Shown here: one piece after another, positions 1 to 7,810 of the stretch | How the letters are laid out: the number at the start of each line of letters is the position of its first letter | How positions within the stretch are numbered: position 1 is the stretch's first letter | Source: a virus | Length of the DNA: 64,000 nt | Virus record (IMG/VR): IMGVR_UViG_3300037119_005846 | Span: 32,031-96,030 of that record | Strand: one strand, 5' to 3' | The notes under the pieces: generated by a model | Databases searched by the model: none | The model's input: the letters and a program-made list of their open reading frames with translations, nothing else | Told to the model about the DNA's origin: nothing | Translations under genes and position numbers: made by a program

Positions 1-14
1 AGAAGGCGCCGACA

Positions 15-1040
15 ATGATGGTAGTCCGCCCTGAGACAGACGGCTTCGGACTGATGTATGACGACGCCGTGGCTAACCTGATCGGCGACAAAGCAACAGG
101 TAAGAGCTGGATGCTGATGCAGGTAGCAATCGACGAGATGAATCGTGGTCGACCTGTTGTCTGGCTCGACTGGGAGATGACAGAGAACCGCGTCGGTCTG
201 CGACTCGTTCAAATGCGAGCTGATCCAACTGTCGTAATGAGTCGGTTCAGATACCTCGAGATGGGCGGCAAGACACTCGCCGCAGCAGTGGGTGCAGCCG
301 AGAGCTCGTTCGGTCGGGGGAGCGGCGCGCTGGTCATTCTTGACTCAGTCAGCCGCGCGCTCGGCAGCGAAGCCGGCGCCGGCGACGAGCGAGACGAGAA
401 CTCCGCGGGCCTGTATGCCGCGTTTATCGAGCGCGTGTCGCGTCTTCGCCAGGTAGTCGGCGGGCCCGTGGCGATGGTGGAGCATACCGGCCACAGCTCG
501 AAATGGCGAGCTCGCGGGACGTCGGCGAAGGGACAGCAGGTCGACACAGAGCTGTCAGTCACGGTCGTCAAGAGGTGGTCGCGATCAGAGTCAGGCTGGG
601 CTGCTCTGACTGCTCGGAAGGATCGCGGTGGCTGGCTCGAGGAAGATCAGCCGCTGTGGGGTGCGTTCTTTCAGCCGCTTGGCGGGGCCGGCGAGCTGTC
701 CGTGAAGTTCCGCGAGCTGGATGACTGGGAGCGCGGTGAAGCCGGCATCGCCGGCCTCGACGAGTCAGAGCGATCACGGCACGAGCGGGACAGCGCGCGT
801 GAGCGACGGACCGTCGAGAAAGAAGAGGAGAACGTTGAGCGAATCATGAAGGTGCTCGCCGACGACAAGGAGCACTCGAACAGCGAGCTTGAGCGGATCA
901 CGAAGATCCCACGGAAGACCGTTGGAGAGATCGTCGATCAGCTCCTCGCGGACGGCGAGGTCGTCTGGAACGGCAAGTCTGGGCGGTTCAACGGAGTCCG
1001 GCTCGCGGGTGCCGAGGGATCTGATCCCATTGAGTCTTGA
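15..1040 (+). CDS. RecA-fold (AAA_25/RepA-like) replicative helicase, probably the C-terminal part of a primase-helicase
   Basis: Walker A GDKATGKS, Walker B LVILDS, HTGH..RARGTSA motif and a C-terminal winged-helix-like segment. The frame is open to the window edge, so it is likely 5'-truncated. Confidence 0.8.
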   Translation: MMVVRPETDGFGLMYDDAVANLIGDKATGKSWMLMQVAIDEMNRGRPVVWLDWEMTENRVGLRLVQMRADPTVVMSRFRYLEMGGKTLAAAVGAAESSFGRGSGALVILDSVSRALGSEAGAGDERDENSAGLYAAFIERVSRLRQVVGGPVAMVEHTGHSSKWRARGTSAKGQQVDTELSVTVVKRWSRSESGWAALTARKDRGGWLEEDQPLWGAFFQPLGGAGELSVKFRELDDWERGEAGIAGLDESERSRHERDSARERRTVEKEEENVERIMKVLADDKEHSNSELERITKIPRKTVGEIVDQLLADGEVVWNGKSGRFNGVRLAGAEGSDPIES

Positions 1041-1250
1041 CCAATGGTATCAGATGAGCCAATGGAGCCATATGCTGACGAAATCCCATCGGAAACCGGC
1101 CATCGTGGAGTATACATTGAAGTGTACCCCCATTGGCCCCACTGATCACCGCCCGGAGGGCGGTGCCTGGCCTCAGGTGCCTGGCCCAGGTGCCAGTGAC
1201 CAGTGGGATCAGTGGGACAATTCGCCGACCACGAACCCGGACTTCCCACT
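1021..1250. repeat. Cluster of short direct and inverted repeats (core CARTGG), candidate replication origin
   Basis: GACCAATGG, GAGCCAATGG, GACCAGTGGGATCAGTGGGAC on +, and CTGATCCCATTG, CCCCATTGGCCCCACTGATC inverted, right at the helicase stop. Confidence 0.5.
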
Positions 1251-1283
1251 GAATTTTGAACTGACGAGACGAGAGGACAGACC

Positions 1284-1391
1284 GTGACCACAGATGATGA
1301 CCTGACAACGCTCGGCAAGGAGCTGACCGTGACGACAATTGCCGGATTCAGACTCGGCGGCCAGCTAATCGAGTGGGGACGTTGGGTGTGA
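1284..1391 (+). CDS. Small hypothetical protein (possibly the N-half of a split ORF)
   Basis: GAGG RBS, GTG start, 35 aa. Its stop overlaps the next GTG (GTGA). Confidence 0.45.
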   Translation: MTTDDDLTTLGKELTVTTIAGFRLGGQLIEWGRWV

Positions 1392-1549
1392 CCGTCCGCA
1401 CCAGCGGTCCAGACCGCGATCGAACGTTCATTCCGTGGACGAGTGTGTCGCACGTCAACCGTCCGTGGCATCCGCGCGATGCAGAGCTGATCATGAATCA
1501 GGCCGTGGCTAACGCGCTGAAAGAGCCTGACTATGACCGCCCACACTGA
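1388..1549 (+). CDS. Small hypothetical protein (possibly the C-half of a split ORF)
   Basis: 53 aa, VTVRTSGPDRDRTFIPWTSVSHV..., 4-bp overlap with the upstream ORF. Confidence 0.45.
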   Translation: MTVRTSGPDRDRTFIPWTSVSHVNRPWHPRDAELIMNQAVANALKEPDYDRPH

Positions 1550-1735
1550 CGGCATGAGGGCCTGTGGTCACGCCTGCGGTGAGAGACGGTGAGAGCTGAA
1601 GGGATATCCATCAGGGCAGCTGAGGGCCTGAGAGGGACACAGGGAGCGAGCCAGAAGCCCGGCCGGACCACAGGTAAGCCAACCGATGTTGGCTTTAGAG
1701 ATCCTGTCCCGCGACGACGCACGTGCGCGTGCGTC

Positions 1736-2135
1736 TGAGATCCATGCCCATATCACATTCCCGTCGGCGAGGCGCCGCTGACAGGGACGTCAGCGCGCTG
1801 ACTGCGACCGCGACCGCATCGCTGCCGGAGATGCCTGCCCATATGCTTTTTGAAGTATAAGCACGCGACGTTCGGCGCTGATCGCTGACAGCTCGCTCTC
1901 GCAGAAAAGTGCTGCCCATATGCTTTTCAGACCGGCCTGGGACATCGACGACGACGCGCAGGTTATTCGCTGACAGCTGACAGCTCTGCACAGGTGTCAT
2001 TCTCGTGAAAGTGCCGACCATATCATATTTCTCGGGTCCCCTGATTGTCACGCGCTTTCGGCGTGCATGAGTAGATTCTTAGATGCGCGCAGGGTGCACA
2101 CACATTCTAGATAATGCTGCCCATATCATTTTCTA
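1736..2135. repeat. Five spaced copies of a ~22-25 bp imperfect-palindrome motif (core TGCCCATAT)
   Basis: Cores start at 1745, 1836, 1913, 2015 (variant CGACCATAT) and 2118, in non-coding DNA. Confidence 0.8.
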
Positions 2136-2287
2136 ATAATCGGCGAGTCTTTGACGCGTGCATTCTCTTCCCGAGATTCCCGCCGGCGAATGCCGGCGCG
2201 CGGGCACGCGAGCGTGCCGGTGCACCGCAACCACAGCCATGTCACTTTGGCACGTGTCGCTCGGCGCGCTCTCTCGCGCACAGGTGA

Positions 2288-2330
2288 ATGCACGCGCGTG
2301 CACGCACGCATGCGCGTGTATGCGCACGCG
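2288..2330. other. 43-bp perfectly alternating purine-pyrimidine tract (Z-DNA-prone)
   Basis: ATGCACGCGCGTGCACGCACGCATGCGCGTGTATGCGCACGCG, containing the 14-bp palindrome TGCACGCGCGTGCA. Confidence 0.75.
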
Positions 2331-2717
2331 AGAGAGCGAGCAGTCGTCTCGTCGCTCAGCGCTCAGCGCGCATGAGCGAGAGCGCAGGCACGGGCAGCGG
2401 CAGGGGGGCACGTGCAGGCACGTGCAGGCGCGCGAGTCTCTTGACTCGTCGGCGCTCGGCCCGGCGACGTTGCTCCGGCGTCGGCGCCCGGGGGCGAGAG
2501 CTCGAGCTCGTGCTTGTGGCCATGGGCCGGCTCCCGCAGAGCACCGAGCTACGCGGAGTGGAGTTGTGCGTGCACTACGCGCCCTTCACCTCCAGATCCC
2601 CCCGTGTTAGGCACAAACATGTATACGCCCTCAGCATGAGCGAGAGCTCAGGGCTGTTTCACCGCCCTCACCACGGGGAACTATGACCGCGAGTCAGCAC
2701 ACTCAAAGGAGACAACA

Positions 2718-2909
2718 ATGGCCCAGTCACAGAAGTCAGCGCCCAAGTCCAAGGCAGACGACCTGTCCGCCGAGGAGCAGAACTGGATGAACGAGCCGGA
2801 CAAGCCCGGCTACGACCCCACGCTCCCCCAGAACACCCCCAAGGCCGGCGCTCGCCCGACGTCCCCCGACGAGACGGTCGCCCTCGAGGTCGACGACAAG
2901 GAGAAGTAG
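2718..2909 (+). CDS. Small hypothetical protein
   Basis: AAAGGAG RBS, high-GC3 codon usage, 63 aa. Confidence 0.75.
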   Translation: MAQSQKSAPKSKADDLSAEEQNWMNEPDKPGYDPTLPQNTPKAGARPTSPDETVALEVDDKEK

Positions 2910-3056
2910 ATAAGGTGTCTCTTGCTCGCCGCGTGACGCGGCAGGCCGGGAGGGATCGCACGTAAACGACCGTCCCGAGGCCCGGACGGCTGCCGGCGCC
3001 CACATCCCGCCGGCGGCCCCGGGTACCGGGCACGAACGCTGATAGCGTAGCAGTCG

Positions 3057-3368
3057 ATGGCGACGTCGAACAGTCCCTGGGTCATCAGCGGCGCGCTCGT
3101 AACGGCGACCTGCGCCTGGAACTGGCCGGCAGACGAGAGGGACCCGGACCCGGACCCGGACGCGGACGCGGACGCGGACGAACCCGTCTACCCGCCGGAC
3201 CCGATGTACGACGACCCGCCCCCGACGCCGACCCCGCCCGCTCCCCCGCCTCAGTCCCAGGTGCCCCTGATGCACGAGTGTCGTCTGACCCCCGGGCACG
3301 CTGACAGCCACTACTGCGCCTGCGGCGTCGTCGGACCGGAGTCTTCGACGCCGAGCCCTCCGGCCTGA
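3057..3368 (+). CDS. Hypothetical Pro/Asp-rich protein with a C-terminal Cys/His cluster
   Basis: 103 aa, (DP)n(DA)n hexamer repeats, HECR..H..H.C.C segment. Confidence 0.55.
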   Translation: MATSNSPWVISGALVTATCAWNWPADERDPDPDPDADADADEPVYPPDPMYDDPPPTPTPPAPPPQSQVPLMHECRLTPGHADSHYCACGVVGPESSTPSPPA

Positions 3369-3399
3369 CACGAGAGCGCCCGGCCACAAGCCGGCCGGG

Positions 3400-3428
3400 T
3401 GGTCATTTACAACACATTGGTGTATAAT
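3400..3428 (+). promoter_or_regulatory. Class I sigma-A-like promoter, leaderless
   Basis: TGGTCA-17bp-TATAAT, with ATG 7 nt after the -10 hexamer (3435). Confidence 0.85.
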
Positions 3429-3434
3429 GACGCC

Positions 3435-3665
3435 ATGACACAGACAGAGAAGCCCGATCCCTACCCGATGGAGATCAGCCCCGAGCTCAAGGCCTTCCTC
3501 TACGGCGACGTGCTCGTCCGACGCGAGCTGGACGCCGACGGCGACCCGGCTCCCGACGACGAGCCCGAGCTCAAGGCCGGCGAGCTGTACGACGACGACG
3601 CCCTCCACGACCGCTTCAACGCCTACCGCCCCTACGAGCGCGACGACTGGAACGAGCGTGACTGA
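3435..3665 (+). CDS. Acidic hypothetical protein (leaderless, starts MTQT)
   Basis: Start reassigned from 3399 to the ATG at the predicted transcription start. Confidence 0.75.
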   Translation: MTQTEKPDPYPMEISPELKAFLYGDVLVRRELDADGDPAPDDEPELKAGELYDDDALHDRFNAYRPYERDDWNERD

Positions 3666-3789
3666 CAAGACCCAGACCCAGACCCGCGAGCCGATCCGCC
3701 CGCCGGCCACTCCCACCGCGACGCGGTACGCTAGCAACCACAACTGGTCGCGCCGCGGTGACAACACCAAGTACAAGACCAAGAAGTGA
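3658..3789 (+). CDS. Small basic hypothetical protein
   Basis: 43-aa ORF filling the gap and overlapping the upstream stop. Confidence 0.45.
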   Translation: MTDKTQTQTREPIRPPATPTATRYASNHNWSRRGDNTKYKTKK

Positions 3790-3803
3790 AGTAAGGACCC
3801 GAC

Positions 3804-4097
3804 ATGACGACCAACGCATCCCACTCAGCATGCGGCGCACACCCGAACCATCACCACCCCTGGAAGCTCGCCCAGTACGTCTCGCCCGGCGACGTCGTCA
3901 GCGACGAAGATCACCTGTACTGGACGGTGACGGCGACCGCCCATGCGCACTACCCGTCGTCCGGCATCGTCCTCGAGCTCGCGGGCGCCGAGGACGGCGT
4001 CAACGCCGACCGCCGAACCTCCGTCTTCTACGGCGCCCACGAGCGAGTGACGCTGGTCGCCGACCTCGACCCCGGCACCCCCGAGGCGACGCCGTGA
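3804..4097 (+). CDS. Hypothetical protein (small beta-barrel-like)
   Basis: AAGGA RBS, 97 aa, phage-like codon usage. Confidence 0.7.
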   Translation: MTTNASHSACGAHPNHHHPWKLAQYVSPGDVVSDEDHLYWTVTATAHAHYPSSGIVLELAGAEDGVNADRRTSVFYGAHERVTLVADLDPGTPEATP

Positions 4098-4201
4098 GCG
4101 GCTCTCACATCGGCACCCGCGGTATGTGCGTATGGGAGGAGGACACGCCCATCCCAGACGTGGTGGCCGTGTTGGCCCGGTATCGGGAGGCGAGGAAGTG
4201 A
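4094..4201 (+). CDS. Small hypothetical protein, paralogue of 5003-5101
   Basis: WEEDTPIPDVVAVLARYREARK, translationally coupled at both ends. Confidence 0.6.
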   Translation: MSGSHIGTRGMCVWEEDTPIPDVVAVLARYREARK

Positions 4202-4482
4202 TGGACGCCGTAGACGTACTCAACGGGATCATCGCCACGAAGGACGCCGAGATCAAACAGCTACGGGACGACCTGGCCCGCATGTACCGGCTGCGCCGCG
4301 AGCAGCCACCAATCACCCCGGAACAGCGGGCCGTCCTCGACGCCGCGATCGGACTGCACGAATGCTCCGGGGCGGACGACACCGACGAGGCCGACGATCC
4401 GCGTCTCGCCGAATGGACCGACCGTCTCTACGCAGCTATCGACGCCCTCCGGGCCGCCACCCCGAAACACGACGACCGATGA
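4201..4482 (+). CDS. Hypothetical coiled-coil protein, N-terminus paralogous to 5101-5346
   Basis: MDAVDVLNGIIATKDAEI, TGATG coupling, GAGG RBS. Confidence 0.75.
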   Translation: MDAVDVLNGIIATKDAEIKQLRDDLARMYRLRREQPPITPEQRAVLDAAIGLHECSGADDTDEADDPRLAEWTDRLYAAIDALRAATPKHDDR

Positions 4483-4667
4483 GCCTGTTCTTCGGGGACT
4501 TCCCCACCGAGGACACGCTTGCGCCGACCGTGAGTGGCAGCAGTGCCGGGATGAACTCGGCGATGTTCTTCACCTGCCCCGCCTGCGGAGCGTGCGTCGT
4601 GGACACGCACTACGAGACCACGAACCGCCACCTACACGACCAGTGGCACGCCGCCGGAGAGCTCTGA
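4479..4667 (+). CDS. Small zinc-finger protein
   Basis: CPACG...HDQWH, ATGA overlap. Confidence 0.65.
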   Translation: MSLFFGDFPTEDTLAPTVSGSSAGMNSAMFFTCPACGACVVDTHYETTNRHLHDQWHAAGEL

Positions 4668-4687
4668 CACCGCCCGCACCACGACCC

Positions 4688-4712
4688 TGTATAATCGACT
4701 CAGACACAGACA
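4688..4712 (+). promoter_or_regulatory. GTATAAT promoter followed by a CAGACACAGACA leader
   Basis: TATAAT at 4690-4695, -35 poor, GACACAGAC at 4703. Confidence 0.65.
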
Positions 4713-4731
4713 AGAAAGGTAGGTCGACATC

Positions 4732-4962
4732 ATGACCGACGGCCCATCCGACCTCGTCACCGAGGGTCCGGACGCGTGGTGGCGCTTCCACGACAACGTC
4801 GTCCAGCTCGCGCACCACCTCGCCGACACCGGCTGGGAGGCGAAGAACGTCGCCCACGCGGTGGAGAAGCCGTGGAAGTTCGAGGACGAGTACCGCGAGG
4901 CGCTGATCGCTCAAGCCGAGAGCGAGGCCAGCGAGGCCGGCGAGGCCGGCGATGCCGACTAA
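4732..4962 (+). CDS. Hypothetical protein
   Basis: 76 aa, downstream of a promoter and AAAGG RBS. Confidence 0.7.
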   Translation: MTDGPSDLVTEGPDAWWRFHDNVVQLAHHLADTGWEAKNVAHAVEKPWKFEDEYREALIAQAESEASEAGEAGDAD

Positions 4963-5002
4963 GCGAGCATCCCGCTCCCGCCTCCCGCCCTGCGACGTGC
5001 TC

Positions 5003-5101
5003 ATGGAGAACTTCAGTAGCGAGGGCGTGTTCATCTGGGAGGAAGACACTCCTCTGCCAGATGTGGTGGCGTTGGCCCGTTGGCGAGAAGTGAGGAAGTG
5101 A
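5003..5101 (+). CDS. Small hypothetical protein, paralogue of 4094-4201
   Basis: WEEDTPLPDVVALARWREVRK. Confidence 0.55.
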   Translation: MENFSSEGVFIWEEDTPLPDVVALARWREVRK

Positions 5102-5346
5102 TGGATGCCGTGGACGTGCTCAACGGCGTCATCGCCGTCAAGGACGCCGAGATCCAGCGGCTGGGCGACGACCTAGAGAACGCCTACCGGCTGATACGAG
5201 AGCGCCACGACATCATCGGTTACGAGAGGGCGCTGGCCGACGACTTGGCCGCTGTGCTCTCCACGGTCCTCGATCAGTACGGCACCTTCCACGCCGAAGA
5301 CGAGGTTGAACGGGTGCTGGACCGCTGGCGGGAGGCGAGGAAGTGA
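5101..5346 (+). CDS. Hypothetical coiled-coil protein, paralogue of 4201-4482
   Basis: MDAVDVLNGVIAVKDAEI, ends VLDRWREARK. Confidence 0.75.
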   Translation: MDAVDVLNGVIAVKDAEIQRLGDDLENAYRLIRERHDIIGYERALADDLAAVLSTVLDQYGTFHAEDEVERVLDRWREARK

Positions 5347-5438
5347 CTGTCGCCAGGTGGATCTCGGTGGTGGTGATGGCCGTCCTGCTCGGCCTCACCG
5401 TGTTGCTGATCATCGACGTGCAACGGAGGAAACGATGA
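5343..5438 (+). CDS. Small membrane peptide
   Basis: 31 aa, one hydrophobic stretch, 4-bp overlaps at both ends. Confidence 0.6.
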   Translation: MTVARWISVVVMAVLLGLTVLLIIDVQRRKR

Positions 5439-5677
5439 ACGAGCGCCCGAAGTGGGTCAGGGCGGTCAGTGACTTCGTCACTGACGAGGTGATCGATGAG
5501 AAGTACGACTACCCCGAGGACGGCAGCGACGACTGGCTGCACAGCCTGGTCGAGGACGCTGTCAACGCCATCTTCTGCAACCACTACGGCCATGAGATCG
5601 TGGACGACCAGTGCATGATCCCCGCCCACAGGTACTGCGTATGGTGCGGAAGGAGCGCCAGTGCCATCGCCGGATGA
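5435..5677 (+). CDS. Hypothetical Cys/His-rich protein
   Basis: C..YGH...C...HRYCVWC, GGAGG RBS. Confidence 0.7.
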   Translation: MNERPKWVRAVSDFVTDEVIDEKYDYPEDGSDDWLHSLVEDAVNAIFCNHYGHEIVDDQCMIPAHRYCVWCGRSASAIAG

Positions 5678-5807
5678 CAAGCACTACGTCGTGCGAGTGA
5701 CGGACATGCCGCCGACCGAACTGGAGTGCAAGTGCGGGATGCGTACCGAGGGACCGGATTGTCTCGACCGAATGGTCGTTCACGTCAGGGAGGGCAATCG
5801 TGAGTGA
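5661..5807 (+). CDS. Small hypothetical protein
   Basis: AAGGAG RBS, 48 aa, CxC motif. Confidence 0.55.
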   Translation: MPSPDDKHYVVRVTDMPPTELECKCGMRTEGPDCLDRMVVHVREGNRE

Positions 5808-6207
5808 AGAGAAGCTGACACCGGAGCGGGCCGTCAGGCTGTTGAGGGCCAAGGGCGCCGAGTTGGAGAACAAGGCCGCCGTGCTGTTCGAGGACGACAC
5901 CGACGTACTCAACGACGAGTTCGGCTTCATCGCCGCCGACATCGCTCTCGTCGCCCAACTGCTGGCCGACCACATCGAGCGCACCGCCTACACGCTCACC
6001 ACGTCGGCGTCGAGCGGCTCGTTCACCGCCACGACCCATCAGCGGGTGAGCCGTGGCTACCTCAAGTCGATCCTGAACGTGACCGAGTTCGAGGTCGGCT
6101 CCAAGGAGGAGGCCGACTACGTGGCGGCGTTGAAGGCCGAGTGTGACGCCTACCTCGGCCGTCGCTGGGGGCCGGATCACCACGACTACGACGAGATGGG
6201 CCAGTGA
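5800..6207 (+). CDS. Hypothetical protein
   Basis: 135 aa, GGAGG RBS. Confidence 0.7.
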   Translation: MSEEKLTPERAVRLLRAKGAELENKAAVLFEDDTDVLNDEFGFIAADIALVAQLLADHIERTAYTLTTSASSGSFTATTHQRVSRGYLKSILNVTEFEVGSKEEADYVAALKAECDAYLGRRWGPDHHDYDEMGQ

Positions 6208-6296
6208 TGAGCGACGGCTTCGCCTGGACGATCGTGGTCGAGTTGGCCGTCATCATCGGCCTGCTCGTCGGCCTCGTGTTCGGACCGCGGAAGTGA
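6207..6296 (+). CDS. Small membrane peptide
   Basis: 29 aa, hydrophobic, coupled at both ends. Confidence 0.55.
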   Translation: MSDGFAWTIVVELAVIIGLLVGLVFGPRK

Positions 6297-6526
6297 GTGA
6301 AGAGCGCATCGCTCGCCTGGAGACGGCGATGACCGAGATGGCCGAGGCGATGACCGAGACTCGCGTGGACATCCGTCGCCTGTACGAGGCGTGGCCGGGC
6401 CAGTTCAAGCAGGTCACCGCAGCGGCCGATCACGTCCGTCAGCGGATCTCCACGGCCGAGGTCGCCGTCGTCAGTGAGATACGGCGCATTCATGACCGAC
6501 TCGATGCACTGGAGAAGAAGTTGTGA
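6293..6526 (+). CDS. Hypothetical coiled-coil protein
   Basis: GTGA overlap, SEERIARLETAM... Confidence 0.65.
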   Translation: MSEERIARLETAMTEMAEAMTETRVDIRRLYEAWPGQFKQVTAAADHVRQRISTAEVAVVSEIRRIHDRLDALEKKL

Positions 6527-6547
6527 TCGACAACAGAGGGGGAACCT

Positions 6548-6958
6548 ATGAAGAGACTGATCATGGCGTTTGCGGCAGCGATCTGCCTGACCTTGACAGT
6601 GGCCAGTCCGGCCGAGGCGATACTGCCGACGTGCGACATCTGGTTCACGATGTCATCGACACCGAAGGCGTACAGCCCGTGCAACAACACGGTGATCGGG
6701 CCGTGGACGAGTCCAGCGGGCGGCTGCCTGCAATGGGTGTCGTGGCATCGGACCCAGCGCCGGGTGCAGAGAGGGGCGGTGACCCGCTGGCAGTACCGGG
6801 AGCTTCTGGAGAACGAGGTACGGGCCAAGTTCACGGTGACGGTGGGGCCGGTCGTCTACCACAAGACGCAGACGATGCCGGGGTCGCACACGACGACGAC
6901 ATTGCGATCGTGGCTGGTATGGCCGGGTCCGGGCGGTTGCGTACCGCTGCACATATGA
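6548..6958 (+). CDS. Secreted hypothetical protein
   Basis: Sec signal peptide MKRLIMAFAAAICLTLTVASPAEA, with four Cys in the mature part. Confidence 0.75.
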   Translation: MKRLIMAFAAAICLTLTVASPAEAILPTCDIWFTMSSTPKAYSPCNNTVIGPWTSPAGGCLQWVSWHRTQRRVQRGAVTRWQYRELLENEVRAKFTVTVGPVVYHKTQTMPGSHTTTTLRSWLVWPGPGGCVPLHI

Positions 6959-7152
6959 ACCGCTGGACGGTGCTCACTGTGGTGGCCATGTTGTGGCTGA
7001 TCGCCGCCGCCGTCAACGCCATCTGGTTCCCGTCATGGGGCGCCCTGGCCGGAATGCTCCTGGTCATCCTGGCGGCGTGGTGGGTAGTCGGCGGCTGCGC
7101 CCGCCGCGGTGACCCACTGGCTCGACGCCTGACACACATCCACTCGTCGTGA
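6955..7152 (+). CDS. Two-TM membrane protein
   Basis: ATGA overlap, two hydrophobic helices. Confidence 0.65.
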   Translation: MNRWTVLTVVAMLWLIAAAVNAIWFPSWGALAGMLLVILAAWWVVGGCARRGDPLARRLTHIHSS

Positions 7153-7244
7153 TCATCATCGCTCTCGCCGCCCTCGCCTTGATCGGCCTGCTCGCCGTTG
7201 CGGCGACGATGCTGAGCAGCATCATCAGCCGGGAGGAAGAGTGA
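7149..7244 (+). CDS. Small membrane peptide
   Basis: 31 aa, hydrophobic, GTGA overlaps. Confidence 0.55.
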   Translation: MIIIALAALALIGLLAVAATMLSSIISREEE

Positions 7245-7327
7245 CCACCAAGCACCACGTCATGCTCTGGCTGGCGATGATCACGATCATCTTCGACGTC
7301 ACGCTTCTCGCCGGTCACTATCACTAA
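7241..7327 (+). CDS. Small membrane peptide
   Basis: 28 aa, GGAGG RBS, GTGA overlap. Confidence 0.55.
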   Translation: MTTKHHVMLWLAMITIIFDVTLLAGHYH

Positions 7328-7354
7328 CAACACAGACATGAAGGAGACACAGTC

Positions 7355-7723
7355 ATGAGTAGGAAGGACAAGCGCGCTGCCGAGCGTGCCGCGTACCTCG
7401 CGTACTACCAGGCACAGGTCGCGCCGACGCAGTTCGTGCCGCCGGTCATAGCGCAGGCTCAGCTCGCGCCGCCGCGGTCGAAGAAGATCAAGGTCAAGCG
7501 CGGCCAGCGACTCTGCGCGGTCTGCGGCGACATCAACAAGCCCAAGGTCAAGACCGAGACGTTCCGCGGCCGGCCGCGCAAGAAGGTCAGCGGCTGGGGC
7601 GCGCTGGCGACCGGCGGGCTGTCGGTGATCGGCGACCTGGCTGCCCCGCGACGTCAGGGCCCGGTCACCGGCAGGCAGCGCACCGCCTACTGCCGCAGCT
7701 GCGGGGCGGCGAGCCCCGGCTGA
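7355..7723 (+). CDS. Basic zinc-ribbon protein
   Basis: CAVC...CRSC pairs, AAGGAG RBS. Confidence 0.75.
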   Translation: MSRKDKRAAERAAYLAYYQAQVAPTQFVPPVIAQAQLAPPRSKKIKVKRGQRLCAVCGDINKPKVKTETFRGRPRKKVSGWGALATGGLSVIGDLAAPRRQGPVTGRQRTAYCRSCGAASPG

Positions 7724-7748
7724 CAGACCCGCGCCATTTACAGCGGAG

Positions 7749-7777
7749 TGGACAAACACAACACAATGCTGTATAAT
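7749..7777 (+). promoter_or_regulatory. Class I promoter, leaderless
   Basis: TGGACA-17bp-TATAAT, ATG at +7 (7784). Confidence 0.85.
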
Positions 7778-7783
7778 GGCGCT

Positions 7784-7810
7784 ATGACAACAGACTTGAC
7801 AATCCGATGA
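7784..7810 (+). CDS. 8-aa leaderless minigene (MTTDLTIR)
   Basis: ATG at the predicted TSS, stop overlaps the next ATG (ATGA). Confidence 0.5.
   Translation: MTTDLTIR

Noticed and set aside
1736-2135. CRISPR array
   Set aside because: The repeats are too degenerate, spacing varies from 77 to 103 bp, and there is no cas operon. The Cas4-like gene at 25627 sits in an ordinary phage recombination module. Kept as an unexplained array.
1021-2135. TIGR-like or box C/D guide array
   Set aside because: I could not see a fixed short period, and I recognised no Nop-domain protein in the window.
1550-2690. ORFs listed in the low-complexity interval (for example 2158-2610 and 2288-2686)
   Set aside because: They translate to Arg/Ala/Cys-rich junk from alternating repeats, with no RBS and atypical codon usage.
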